64,000 nucleotides of DNA from Ascidiella aspersa (Eukaryota): the NCBI GenBank assembly GCA_963924565.1, contig OZ004607.1, positions 10,912,001 to 10,976,000 of the forward strand, given 5' to 3'. The stretch's first letter is position 1, and every line of letters starts with the position of its first letter. The position numbers were made by a program, and so were the translations under genes. Shown here piece after piece: positions 1-15,000 of this stretch. The notes under the pieces were generated by a model. That model was not told the origin of the DNA, did not search any database, and was given only the letters and a program-made list of their open reading frames with translations.

Positions 1-3000
1 ACTTGGAAACGTTACGGAAGTTTTGCGCGCGCGAGACGAAGCCGACAAATCTCGAACCGACCGAATTGCGCAAGTGTAGAGGCAGCACATTATGAGGAGA
101 CCGAGCCTCTGAGTGGAATAGCAGTAGCGACCAACAACAACACCAACATAGGCCTGATCAACGACAACAGCGACATGCAGCTCGTCCACGAGGCAGAGAG
201 AAATTCAAGGTAAGATTTTGGATATAGATTGCATTTTTGTCAAACGTTTCTTTGCAATGTTCTCAGCAACACTACAATTATACCGCTTGAACGAACATTC
301 GATGCGTATATATTTTAGGTAGCAAAGTTTTTTTTTAAATGTATTAACAACTAATATACTTCCACCTAGCCCATAAATCAATAAACAATTGAGACATTTT
401 CTCGGTAAAACACCTGGATATCTAAATTTGCGTTAGTTCGTTTGAATGTCTAAGCGGAATTTTGACCTGGTCGCATTGGCATAAAAACCCGTATCACGAG
501 TCCTAAACCCTAATTTTAGGAAACGTTACACCTGGGGTTCTTAAAACTTTTTTACCGCGGACCGCTAAAGGCAAGACATTTTTAAAGATAATGTCATAAA
601 TTGACGTCAAAATACAAATAAACTTCAGAAATCTTTTCAAGAAAATCCAAGAAATGTGTATGCGAAATGGAGTCGCAATGCATTTAGTGATGAAAGTTAT
701 TTTTAATTAAACGTTTTTTTTTAAATTGATTTCGTAAATATACACTAACATTAAAATTATGCCTTCATTCACCCCCTAAAACTAGTTCACGAACCCCAAG
801 GGGTCCATCGACCCCAGTTTTAAGAACCCCTGCGCCTAAACCGACATATAGTATCTTAAATGCATTAGCATTCACAAATTTAAGTCTCCTACCATGGCTA
901 CATCTAGATCGAAGTTTGCCACTGCGTCTTTGCCGGCCTTACCATACATCAAACACTAAACAACCTTAACCGAAATCGCAGATCGGATTGCGAGGACGTT
1001 CACGACGGTCTGATGGCCAGCGAAGGTTCGAGTCCGTCCAGCGACGTTCCACGGGAAGATGAGACCCCGATCGCCGTCAAACCGTCGCCCGTTTACGCCA
1101 AGCTGCGTTTGAAGGCGCCTTGCGAGCGTCCGAAGACGCTCAAGTTCTTGGCCGCCTCTGTAGCCTTCCAGGGCTCGACGGTGCCCGCTTTGAAGCGACT
1201 GCCCTACACGCCAGATCCAGGTAAGGCGGGGTTTATTACAGCCTTACTCGTAGAGGCAAGCTTTTCTTTGTCTCAGGATAACATTTTAAAAGTATTGGTC
1301 GTCCTTGGTTTGTAATGAGGTACAAAAATCTGGTTAAAAGTGCATACGAAAAAAGTAAAATTTTAATGCGAAGTAAAGCCGAGGTATGGAGAAAAGTAAT
1401 ACAATTGCGGAACCATCCTTATGAGGTTATCAAAAATTACCGCCTCGTCCAGAAATAACCCCAGGTTTGACCAGCGCCGTGCATCGGCGGCATCACTTCC
1501 CTTGGATGCGCGCTTCGTTCACGAAAAAAGTCAAACGATGCGAAACCGTCGTCTCGCCGGGGTCGAACAAAGGTCACCAAAGATCGCGCAGTTCACCGAA
1601 GTCGAAGGCAAGCCAGTTCTTTGCCCACGTTCGGCATACGACCTGCGCGCGCCCGAAATAAACGTGATGACGCACTTTCGCTTGCGCCACATCCGCCTAC
1701 AGCACCTGCCGCTTGCGGCGCCGCGGAGTGCATTTTTGCGCGTCTCTTCTCTAAACGCTGATGTCCGCCTTTGATAGAGCGACCCTCTAGCCGTCTAGCG
1801 GGTTGTATGATTTGCCTTGTCCGCCAACCGGGCGCTATTGATCGAAGCTGATGCGCAATTGCAAGCACGCAAGGCGACGCCTTTATAAATCGATGCAAGC
1901 CCAAGAATAGACTATATAATGGAAGTAGTAGATTGCCTGCGTAATAGCGCGCCGCAGTGTACCGTACACCTGAGCGGAATTGTTGGTCTCCGCGCATTTG
2001 AACTCTCTAACATCGCGGATGATGATGTAGTGCTTCTGCTGCCGCTGCTATCATTTCATGCACATATTGTGAGCGATGTGCGTGGAAGCTTATCGGCTGG
2101 GTTCTGCACCCGGGAATCGATGTTAATTCAATAATTTTTACTGTGGCAGTAAACGCGCTTTCATTCCTGGCTTAGAAGCTTCTTGAAATCGCCAGCGCGC
2201 CCAATAAATCCCAAGTTTAAGCGGCTACGTAAGGTTTGCATTTTCGCAGCACAGATGCAATAAGAAATACGCAATGAAACAAAGTATAGATACTCAAGAA
2301 ATAGTTTAGCTGTAAGCCCTAATGTTTTCGCTTGTAATTTACTTTACATCAGAATACGCTGCCCCTAAGTATTTTTGAGTGATTTTAGGTTTTGTCCAAG
2401 GTATTGCTTCGAACGGAATGCCATCGGATGAAAAGGTGCGGATTACGTAGGTTGGCGCAATTTATCTCGCCCCCGCGCCCCAACCCACGCAAAATAACTG
2501 GGAACTTTAGGGAGTATAAGTTTCGCGCTGTTGACCCAAGCGATAAAACTTAACTGGACGGAAGGCGGATTAACGTGGTTAAGGAATCAATTTATGACAT
2601 CACTGAGTGGTTCGCAAAAATTTCGTTTTAAAAAAGGAAATCCCTTCGAATAGTAGTATATAAAGATGAATAACTCCTGTTGTGGCCTCGGTTAGTGACT
2701 GTTCACACACTTTCTTTGCGTTATGCGGGCGACTAGGATTTTTTCACCGAAATGAAAAAGGGTAGTTTTATCAAAAATGGTCTTAAGCCAGAAAAGAACG
2801 TCTCTCCCTGGGCAAATTAGGCAACTCGCCTTTAACTGCGAAAGGGCAAGTTAGCTCACCTAGGGTTGAAACGAAACCTTGCAATGAAACGCAAGTTACC
2901 CTAATACGCTTTAAAAGAGCCACGTTGGGTGTTTTTTCATTTGGGTGGGCAAAGGGTGTCCACTAAATTATTTTAAGTCGCCGAGCAACGAAACAAACTA

Positions 3001-6000
3001 CGATCCACATAAGCCAAACCGTTGGCTTCCGGGAAGTCGGGTAATCGAGAGAGGACCGCAATTTAAACCACGCGCATTGTGACGAAATAAAAAGGATGCA
3101 AACAATGGCCGAATTGAGGTCAGGCGGCGACAAAGACGGCGACGGTTAGCGGGTTCTGCTCGTAAAGGATACGCGCCGCACTGCAAAGCCTTTATGAAAC
3201 AAGCCTATTAGTGTTGGACCGGGAATGTTCGGGGTCTTTCCTATGCAGGGCGCAGACGTGTCGGAATCGATTTAACGCCATTGCCCGCCGCAGCGCTTTC
3301 AAAGAAGAACTAATAGTGTTGGGGCGGCGCTGTAAAACAAAAAGCGCTTTTTGTTTGTTCCATGCAATTGGTTCAATTTCCGCGGGCAGGACTCTATTGT
3401 TGTCAGATTCAGTAAGTGTTAGTCAGGGTAGGATGGATCTACGCAAAAAATAGAGTTGTAGACTTTTAGTATGAAATGTCCTGTTTTTAAACGAGCTATG
3501 TCAGCTCCGTTGCTTAAGGTCAGCTCAGGCAAAACTATTTTGGTTGAATTACTGCTTTTAAAACCATGATTTAGTTATAGAAAATAGCAATGACTAAATA
3601 CACTTCTAATGTTGTCAGCAGGCAGTCTGTTGGTACAAGGGTGTATTGGTAGGGTTTACCGAGGTTTCTTGGCAATATATAGGATGTTTGAGGCGTGAAA
3701 GATTATCGGTCAAGCAATCTATCACGGACGTGAGTTCCACAATAAACGAGCTGTTCAGCCAGTTACCGAACTGTGTATACAAGTAGAAAACCTGGTTTTA
3801 GGCCGAAGGCTCTAGTCCAGTGATTCTCAACCTTTTTTAGAGCCAGAGCCGCATTTCAAACCTTAAGTTTGCGAGGAGCCGCATAAAAAACAACAGTAGG
3901 CATGTAATTAAAAAACATTAAGAAAGCAACAAGAAAACAACAAATATACATTACGCTAGCCTAGGCTAACTAATTAGCACTGTTGAAACAGCTATTTCTT
4001 ATTGCCATAGCTTGTCGATCAAGACTAAATATATTATGACGTCACAAACCACAAAATTATTTTAAAGAGCCGGACGGAAGTAGCCCGGGAACATTAGTAC
4101 TTCGTACTTGTGATCCTTGCTGATCAAATTCATTCACTTTTAATTTCTTTTACTTCCTTTGTTGCAATTCTGCTACTACTAACTAATTTTTCACTCCGTT
4201 AGTGAGAGCCGCAAAATGTACAGTTGAGAGCCGCATGCGGCTCTGAGAGCCGCGGTTGAGAATCACTGCTCTAGTCCATTTGGTATTTGTAAGCGAAATG
4301 TAGTTGCGATTCATGTTAACTTTAAACAAGCTATTCACATCAAAAGAACAATGTTAGCCGCTTTGAAGAAGATAAAATAGCAGTTTTCAGAGAGGTTAGG
4401 TTCACCCGGTATCAATGCTGAACTATAATTACGTTTCGTTGGTGGTGTTTTCTTTCTTAATACAACTACTGAGTCTTGGATCGATCAGAAGGTCCAACTG
4501 ACTTGAAATAATTCGGTAGTTGCGTTAGGAGAAGCAGCCTTATCAACAGCAATAGGTCGAGTTTTTGGGTCGATATCGACCAAGCCATGTCACACACACT
4601 TTATATAAATGGAAGCCGCGTTTTTTCACCCACAAAGAGTTCGAAAAGTCACAAATCACTTATAACAACAGACGGTGGTTAGAGCTCTCATTTTGTTCAC
4701 CGAAAACACAGTTTTAAGTCTAACCAGTATAAATTCCCGTGCGGGCGATAAGTTTAAGTTAAAAATTTGCTGTGTTAACTTTGGAGAATTTGCTTTGTTA
4801 ACTTTGGAGAATTTGCTTTGTTAACTTTGGAGAATTTGCTGTGTTAACAAACTTATTTTAACGGCCATTTGCTGTGTCAACTTTTGGCCAGGGTAACGAC
4901 TTTTTCGGTCGCAATCGCACAATTGTTAGGAGGAGAATCGCATAAGCAAATGCGTTGGTAAACCCATAAAAAATGAAAACCAAGTTGCTGGATCAAGATA
5001 AACGGGAAATTTCGAAAATGCTGTTAAATTGAATAAAGCAAATTTCCCCTACGGAATTTCTAAAACTGAAATACGCGTGGTCAGCACTTTGTCTTCTTTG
5101 TGTGTTATTATATGCCAAGTGACGCCTTCGCATTCACAAACAATAGAAAACACTTTTCGACCCATTTGCCCATTGACAACCAATATGTAAAGGGCTGACC
5201 TTAGCCCCTTATTTAAAAGTGTATTGTTGCTTTCCGTGGCCATATTTTCTGACCCTTTTTGTTTTCAGCCCGTTTACTGAGCCAATACTTTGCGAAAAAG
5301 GGGTTTAATAAAGGGGCCATCTGCTTCAAAAGTGGCCGCGCAAGTCGGCTTTCGTGACGTGCAACGCACGAGTATGGCCAAACTGGCCAAGAATGGGACG
5401 AAAATAGAATGAGCTTTTATGACATCATCATCATCGCGGTGTCGGGAACTCAACTTCAGGCGTAGACTTGGGGCTTTTGGCCAACTAGGCGTCCTTAAAA
5501 CGGCCGGTTCCCACTGAACCAAACATCTATGTTTTAATTAAAATGCCGTAACTAAATGAAAGGCTGAACAGGGCCAGACACCCTCGTCCTATCTAGCCAC
5601 GTAAATGTCACACAGGTTTAGAATTGTCGGGGCAAAAACGGGCCAGGCCGCTTTTCGAAACGGACGCTAAAATCTACTGTATTTCCCTTTCATAACTCTC
5701 GGCTCTCGCTAGCTCTGGGGCTTGACTCAGCGGCAGCGCTGGCAACGCAATTACGTCACTTCTTCCTGTATGTGCGGCTGTGTGCTCACAATAGCCGCTC
5801 GCCTCCTGCTCGTCTCTTTGCCTTCTCACTCCCTCTCCCGCCACGGGCGCGTCCCAAATTTCGTCGGATTAAAATTGCGATAATCGTTCGAGGTCCGGTC
5901 ACCCCTCTACCCCCGCTTACTTTCCTTCCATTCGCGAGGGCAATCGGATTACGGCTCTCTTTCCGAGGGCCGAGCGTCCAGTGCTTGACGTTTCGCTGCG

Positions 6001-9000
6001 ACGCGAAGCAAGACGCATGCGACAGCAGCATTAACAGCAGCGGCTGGACGTCGCCAAGCTTACCGGCGACGCGCCGTGAATTATTCAGCAGTGACAGCAG
6101 GTGTTTAGCGCGCATTTCCACCGACCCGCTGATGCACGCCCGCGCTGCCGCGGATAGGAGGTTGGTTAGTTAGTGAGTTGTAGATGGGCCAGCTAGGGTG
6201 GTCGGTTGCAGCAAGCGTCCAGTCGGCCTGTTATCACCCGGGCGTCGTTTTCAATTTCGAGGTTGGTTTTCAGAAGGTTGTTGGTGTGTTTTGAAGCTTT
6301 TGGTGTTGACGGGAAGCAGGCATTGCACAGTGACAGGCCATTATTCATTAAACTATGGATTTTTGGTACATCTAAATGTTTGGTGGGTGTTTAAATGAGT
6401 TTTTAATCTTTTGAAATTAGCATGGGGATGTTGACAAGCTGGTAAGCATTGGAATTAACAAAATTACAATCCGGCATACTACTAAGGTAGCTATTGAGGT
6501 CATAGTCGAAGGCTCTGGTATTGCTTATAGCAGGCATAACAAACCCACCGTAGCGCTGTTAACTCGTTCTTCCCAGTTGTAGTCGAAACGTTTTAGCAAC
6601 TTTACTTGCGTCTGTGTGGGTTCGTTTCCGCATTAAATGATGGGATGTATTAGGCCAGGCGTATCACTGGCAGCATTTGTAGCGCTTGCCGTTGGACAAA
6701 AAACGTATCTGAGGAAAACACTGCGTAGCTAAGAAACAAGAGACGGTCGTACCCCTAAAACTGCAGCGTACGATTGAAATAGAACGTATACGTGCCACCA
6801 GGTTGCACAACAACTACAGTGTGGTGAAATGGACAAGTAGTATTTTGGTGAATAGACAGTTAGTTCAGTGACATAAGCCTATAAGCCAGTCACGATAGCG
6901 GCCAAAAAGCGTGGCAGAGGTGGTTTTGCGATAGTAAAAGCTCGGACGCCAATCATTGAGGATCATTCAGAATGATTGACAGCTCACAATCGACAATAAA
7001 TGTTAGCCTCGAAAGGGCAGCCCAGACTAAACAAACATAAATGGTCATATAGTGATATACGGCAGCGTTGCGCAACGTGGCATGCAGTTTGCAGAACTAT
7101 GTGACAACATTTGGTGCAAGCTGGCCATTGCGTGTATAGCCATGACGTAATTACAAGAATATTTATATATATCTGTATATGTGTGGACAGTGTTTCACTT
7201 TTCCGCGTCGGGTTACGCGTAGCTGTAATTTGAAACGTCAGTTATGAGGTGTCGTCTGACTATACCAGGATTGGCACCGTTTGGCGAGCCAAGCAAGCAT
7301 GCCCTTGCAAGGTTCTAAACTTTGACGCCCAATCTCCCATGCAGAAACTAGCAGCTGATATATTGTTTGAGGCCTTAGTGTCACTTATCAGTGCTCTTTT
7401 GCGGTTTACCTTACACTTTCGATAAGGGTCATTTTTTCGCAAGCTGGTTTAGATCGCGCCGAATATGGCACGCCAACACGACAGTTGCCTGATGAAATGA
7501 AACGCTCTAAAATCGTGCCTTTTGTTCGCAGATTATGACCAGTATAGCACTGTGTGCAACACGGCCGCTGAGGTCGACGACAAAATAGCGCCGCTAGGAA
7601 AAGGCAGAATGAAGCTACGCTCCAAGCCCAGGGGACTGCTGGAAAGGTAAGGTTTTGTCGAAAATCTTGTGTGGTTTAAGCGAACGTCGCTTGCTGTGCT
7701 GGGAATTGGATGAAGTCTAGCCATCGTCACGAACATAGTTTTTGCATGACCCCAAATGTCGCACGTGGGGTAAAAAAGTAGTACAAAAATGGCCGACTTA
7801 AATTAAAACGTGACGTACACTGGCTGTCGCGAAAAGTGTAAATTTTATAATAAAAAAAACATGCACGTCGTTCTCTCGAAGTATTTTGATGTAAAACGTG
7901 CCTTTACGGCCCCAACGTACTACATGTTCTTTACACGAATATTTCAACACGTATAGTGCGTTAGATTGCGCCAGTTTCATTTTTGATGAATAGACGCGCG
8001 TATTTACAAATTCGTCATTTACTCCGCCGCTATTGTTAGCCTTATTTTTAAAAAGTAACACCCTTTTGTTTGTTTGGCGTTGGCCTGACGTAATGCCGTC
8101 TTTGTGGCGACACACAGCCTCATTGTTATATGAAAACGCCCTAAATATATTTAAAAAGCAACAATTCCATCTCTCTATAGATATAATGAACTGCTTCGAA
8201 ATGCGTCTTTTCGAAACAATGGCTTGTGTTTCCGTGACGTAAATAACGCGCGTCAAAGCGCGAGTTCCTCATTCTATTGTGACGTCACCTATTAAGCATT
8301 TGTTCGGCGATTTAATCCAACCTAATTAGTAACTGCCCAGGCCTGAATTCAATGGTGGTCACCATTTGCTGTGCTGTGCTGTGTGCGTATATTTGGAATG
8401 CGAAATTACGACGGAGGCTTTACTTGCAAAACGATTTATGACCATACAATACCCGGTTAATTAACGTTTTTCTTTCAGTTTCTACGCATCCAAAATTAGA
8501 AAGCGCCGACCCTTTCTATTTACTGTTGTTAGACCAGCGGTGTGCAAACTGCGGTTCAACTACATGTTATTTGTCGCCATCCTAACTTAATGGTTCTTGT
8601 AATGTCCACATGCTACTTGTATTAACCCTAATTTTCGCGGCTCATTGTGGTGTGCAGTTTCTTTCAAGGAAACCTTTTATTGAACAAATTGTCCACCCCG
8701 GGTTTCGACTTTCAGCATGATAAAACTGTATTGATATTGGTCGTAACGTATTGCTTTTCAACCGACGAGCATTTTGCTATTTTAGTTTTGGTTTAAAATG
8801 AAATGTTTTGCTCCTCTCGCAGGCGCGGGTCCAACGTGGCTCTCACCATCTCGCTGAAGGCAGGAGAAAAAGCAAACGCGTCCAATCCAGTTGCCTCAAA
8901 ATCACCGTAAGTCGCTTTTGTATGTTTCGACTGTGTCCCTATTACTAGACCACCTATTAGAATGCACAATTCTGCCACTTTGACACGGCCTTTGTAAAAC

Positions 9001-12000
9001 GATCGAATCGTTCGGCCTCGTTTGTATTTTTTAACCCTTTTGAATAGGAGTCGATTTGGGTGGCCAACGAATTTTGATAATTGTTTAGCAGTCTCCCCAA
9101 TACCGACAACCCCCTTTGCATGCGAAAAGAACCTTTCGCGCATTCTCACATTCGGGGCCGGTACCGTATCAAAACTGCTCTCTCTAAATTTATCACCAAC
9201 CGATTTGTGGATTGAGCCAATGTAAGCAGGAGCAGCTATTCCAAAAAAATCGTATAAGGCGTTAAGTCCCCGAAATTGAGCTTGCCGTCGGCCAATCGAC
9301 GTACGATGAATGTGTGCAATACTCGACAACAGCAGGCGACAATTCCCAGGAAATGCGCGCCGGCAATTCGACAATCAGCCAGTAGTCGTCGCGGTTCGCC
9401 TGCCAAGAATGTGTCAAATAATTAGATTACGCCACGCCTCCAGCCTTAAAACGCCGTATTCCCTCAGCATAAAGAAAGCCGCTAAATTTAGAACAAACAA
9501 ACCTGCCTTAAGCACAGTGCTTGGAAAAATTGCGGCATACTTTTTGCTATTGAAGCGTTATAATAACCCTTTCTACGCTGCAAGACCGTATCATTGTGGT
9601 ATTTAATAGATCATGTTTATTTAGGTTTGACATGCTTAAATGCCTGTTTTGTATCCTAAAATAATATTATTTTCCCAAATACAAAAAGTTACGCGGCACA
9701 CTTGAGGAACTTTAAACGCACATTTGTGCGCGCGACACAGTGTTCGAGAAGTATTGTTTTGGCGTACGTCGTGCCAATTCTCTGAATCCTCAAGTGTAAA
9801 TGCTTACGTAAAAAGGCGACTTGAGAAAATGCTGGAAAGGGGTTACGCTCGTTTTTTTTTTTTGACACAATATTTGAGAAAGATTGTTTTGACATACCTC
9901 GCGCCATTTCTCTTAATCCACAAGTGTAAATACTGACGTAAAAATGCAGCTGGCAAAAGTGCGGGAAAGGGGTTTCGCTCGGTTTTTATTATGCGATATT
10001 AATCGGAAGCGTTCGAATGACTCACGAGGCAGCTATTGGGATCCCGAGACCACTCGAGTCGCACACAGGGGAAAAAGAAATGATCGACAATTCGCGCGCA
10101 AATTAAATTGTTGTTGTGTGTCACGTCATGCGCAATATGCTCCAAAACTACGCGAATTGCGACAGAGCCCTAGTTAATGCTTCTCCCGGCGCTCTAGACT
10201 ATCTTTACTGTTAAATTGAATTAAAACATGTCCGTGACGGCCATCATCAGCAACACACATCGTACGGTGTTATTTTCATCCGGACAGTGTCTGGGTCTAT
10301 TTAATTTCAAAACACGGTTGTAAGGTGTTTTACCGCGTATGTTCGTCCATTGAAAAATCAATATGCCGTGTTTATTCCCGCTCACTGATCACGTTGCTAA
10401 CTAAGTTCATTATTTTCATATTATCCATAACTAAGTCGGAGCCGATACCTGATATTGGTATCAAGTTAATAGTGTTCACAACGTCCAATGGTGTGGTGGT
10501 TTCGGCGCCGATCTGATGTGAAGTTAATTAGTGCAATTAATCCTTTGTTTGGGATCCAACGTCGAGTTTTCTGTCTTGGAAGAAAAATATCCCAAAACTA
10601 TTGTTTTTTTTAAATCGTGGCCTATCGCAAAGGCAAATTTCGGCCTTGATAACTTGGTTATCATTACCGTTGCGTTTTTCAATTTGATCAATTTTGCTCA
10701 TTTTTCTATAGTATTTGTGTCATTCGATACCAAGTTCTGAATATCCAACTATTTAAGGAAAACTTGTCTTTTTCTGATGTTTAGTTGGCTGAATTCGGCA
10801 AATTTTATGCAAACTCGAGCAAAAATATAAAAATGTCGCTTTTGTCGGTTATTCAAGTTTTAAGCCAGAACCTTTTAAACAAATCCCCCTAATAACCCAT
10901 ACCCCCTTTTGGCCCCTTTCAGGAAGCCCCTGGCCTACCTGCAGCAGGCCTCGTCTCCCTTGGACCCCGATGAGGTGCACACCAAGGCCTGCGACCCCCT
11001 TCGCCTCCAGCAGGAGTTTTGGGAAATCCCCATGAACCACCCACCGGAGAAGAACTTCAACGTGGCAGGGCACGGCACCAAGAATCGATACCGCTCCATA
11101 CTACCGAGTAGGTGTTTTTGGTCGTTTGACTTCTTTAGCTTTTTGGGAGCGTGGGTTCTTTGTGGTTAAGGCGTTTGGCGTTTTTGAACCCGGTTTTGGA
11201 CAATGGTCGCGTACAAATGCACTTGATGTAGGTGTCATTAAATTTGAAACGTTTAAAATTTCACATGTAGCCCGACGAAGGCGACTTGCATAGGTTTCCG
11301 AAACGTTGATAAAGAATTACAATTACCAGAGGAGCTGTTTTTTTATTTATGTTACTATTTCTGGTAGCAGCAGTTTATATATTGATTTGTTTTTGTGGGA
11401 TTTGTAATCTCTGCAAGATTTTTTGAAAAAAATCTTTAGTTGTTTTATTATAGTTTGATATGGGAAGCAAGTACAACTATCACTTTTAGTAGAGAGCAAT
11501 TTCAAGCACTAACTGCTTTTAATTGAACTATATCTGCATTATTTTATTGTAAATGTTATTTTCAAACACATTTACTGCGCTGGTTTATCCTGCGAAGAAT
11601 AACCCGTTTGAAGCTAAAAACAACAATTTTTATTGAAGACAGTAACTATAGTTTGATACCTGTTCAAAATCCAATCGCAGTCTCAAAAAAATTGTATAAT
11701 ATTTTCGGCGAATTTATTTTGAACGACGAGGTGCATTCTTTAAAATCTCTTCTTCTTCACAGACGAACACAGTCGTGTGACCCTTGACCCCTGCACGGAC
11801 GACGATGCCTTGTCGACTTACATCAACGCCAACTACATCCGGGACTGCGCCAAGCCCGCTCAAGGTCGAACTAAGGTCGAAGACATCAGCTCGCCGGTGA
11901 CGCGGCGTGACGCAGCGTTTATCGCCACTCAGGTGAGAACTCGTTTCGCTTGTTAATTATAATGGGGTTAAAACATTAAAAACATGAAGTTAGATTTGTT

Positions 12001-15000
12001 TTCTTCCGATTTTTAACTTGCAAACCTAAAGTTAACAGTTCAAAAAACAAAATATCTCGATATGTATGAAAAGTTGCCGAGTGGAAATGTTCCAAGTAAA
12101 TTGAGCCAGGAGAAAAAGGGGGAACAAAACAGGTTTGATGAAGGATATGCTGTTTTATTAAAGAGCCAACCTAAATTAACTTACGGATGGAAAAACTCGG
12201 CAAACAAGATTTCAAACGCCAGCATTAATTGATCAAGAGCTTTAAATTACTTTAAATCAAAAGCCAAGCGACAAAACGTAAACCGGTCCGGGTGTGGAAA
12301 GGGAAACGGCTCGTTTTGAAGTTTTCCTTTCTCTTGGTAAATGCCCTTTTAACATGTGCCCTTTAGCCTCGCTTTAAAGTTTCGGCGGAACATAACAACA
12401 CAAACCCCGAAACCTCGGAGCCCAAATTGCCGCGGCGTAATTGCGACCAGGTGCGCAGCGTCGAACGCGAGAGCGCAGTTTGTGTAACGGACCAGATTAA
12501 AGCGGCACCGGGTCGAGTAATTGCTGGCCTCAGCGCGACAATAACCGTGGGATAAAATAATTGACGCCGCGCTCCGGGACTTGTTTACTTCCGCTACTAC
12601 GGCTAAAAGCCGCGCCCGGTCGGCCTGCCTGTCAATCAAATCGCGCCCCGGCAATTTCTGAACGGATAAATATTGACCTTGACGCTAATTGAAATTAAAA
12701 TATACTCGGGTGTATTTGTAGCTTGGATCAGCCAAGTACTGAGGCAACACGTTTTTAAAAAAACATTGTTTTAAAGTTTTTTTGGGTGTTAGCCCAATAA
12801 GCAACTTTATTCTGGCTAGGACGATTTATAAATATTGTAAACGCATTTTCAACGCATGGATTAGAAAAGAAGCTTTTACACTGGAGTAAATATTCGATAA
12901 GGTGCTGTATATTCATATCATAGTGTGCAACAAGTCGGCATCTTGTTTCCTACACACCATTTATTCTATACTGTTATATGAACCAGCCTCGGCAGGACAT
13001 CCACAGTTATAACCAACGTCCAAATACCTTTCAGGGCCCGATGGCAAACACGATCGGCGACTTCTGGCGTATGACGTGGCAGGAAAACGTCAGATGCATC
13101 GTCATGATCACCAAGCTTAAGGAAAGAAAGGAGGTAGGTGCTCAAAGTAGCTGAAATAATTGAAATAGAAACAAGTGGATTTGGTGGACGAAAAACAGTA
13201 GCATGGATATCCGAGCCATGTGAATAGGAAAACCACAGAAAACAATAAAGTTCAACGACAAATCATTTCTAAAAAACAATTTAAAATATGCCTTGTATTT
13301 CGCCATTAGTACAGTGATTGAGTTTGGCGTCGTATGTACACTTGCGATCTTTCGGAAGTGCAAATTATATATTTTCTTTGCTTTACGCAGAAATGCAGCC
13401 CCTATCTGCCCATGAACCTGGACGAAAGCGCGACATACGATGACGTCACCGTTTCGGTGGATTCCCTTCGCCAGTTCGAGCACTTCACCTTGCGGACGGT
13501 AAGTCGAATATGAAACTTCTCCCGTCATAACGTTTTGCACTGCCGTGTCGTAAAATCCCTCCTACTACACTACTAGAGTACATTTTTTGTGTTTGATTTT
13601 CAAAGGTGGAATGGGTATTTATTTCACAAGTATTTGTTTCAAGCTGGGTATAAATAGAACTTTCTGCACAGTTTTACATACAAACCATCAAATATTTGCC
13701 TGCAGTTGGTTTTAACATATATGACCAACGAATTTGATATTCCTTTCACAAGTATTTGCTTCATGCTAAGCTATAAAAAAAAACTTGCACACCAGCCACT
13801 AAACATTTACAACATACATAGAACATGGTTTTGCATACCAGCCAACACATTTTTGCTTTCAGTGGATTTTAACACACGACCTTCAAATTTACGAATTTAG
13901 CTCAGTTTAACAAACAATCCTGTAATTTTGTTGCTTTAAGCACGCTTTAACAAAATCCCTTTTTTAACAAATTTTAACAAACGAACTTTTGCGGTTTCCG
14001 CTCACTTGCGCAAACTCACTCGACTTTTCTCCCTTCAGCTATCTCTGCGGCATTCGAACGGCGAGAGACGCGCGGTCCAGCATTACTGGTACACAACCTG
14101 GATGGATCACGAGACGCCAGAGAAGACGCGCGGCCTTTTGGAACTCGTGCAGGAGGTTACGCGCTGGAACAGCGAGCAACATGGGCCCACTGTCGTCCAT
14201 TGCAGGTTGGTTCTTCAACATGATTTTACTGTCTTTGTCTAACGCATTTACCCGGCTAACCAAGTAATTTAAATGGATTATGGGATAAATCATGGAAATA
14301 GTTCAAAACGTGGCAAGTTAAGGTTAATATTCCCTGACACCACCTGAACCCAAACCCTAAATCCAACCCTATCTTTAAAACTAAACAATTGAAGAGGAAT
14401 TTATTAATTCCACCGGCATTTAATTGATATCAGTATTTTATCCTAAACTTTCATATTAATTGTGCTTACCGCTTTTATGAACCCAAATTACACTCGCCAG
14501 CGCACAAGTGCAGCCAGGGTTGCCCAACGACTGGTCACGACATGACTTTTTTGTTGAAAAAAAGCGCAACATGGCCTAAACTTTTCGCCGCTATAAATAA
14601 AAGTATAATTTTAAGCATAAAGGATTACTAACGAGAATTGAAAATAGTAGACGCAGTGGGTTAAAATAACTTTGGGTCAATTCAGTTTGCGAGAGTGTTA
14701 TTTGGATACACTACAATGAAAGCCATTGCATACGTAAGCCGTAATTGTTGGTCAAAAAGCAGCTTTAGAAGGGCTAGATCGCAGTTTTTAACATACATTC
14801 AGATGTGTTTGCATGTGTTCATTAAATATATTACCTCTGAATTAAGCTTCTTTTTTAATCGAATACTTTGCGCTTTTTTGCTCACTTACGGTACTTTTGC
14901 AAAACAATGCAAAAAACATGTTATGTTGCGTTTTTTAGTTGTATTCCTCACAAACAACAGCTGCAATCTTTAACTAAGTTGATGTTTTATGAAAGCCTAA

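Noticed and set aside
8793-9374. 193-aa minus-strand ORF
   Set aside because: It overlaps the real + strand KIM exon and intron, and has no recognisable motif.
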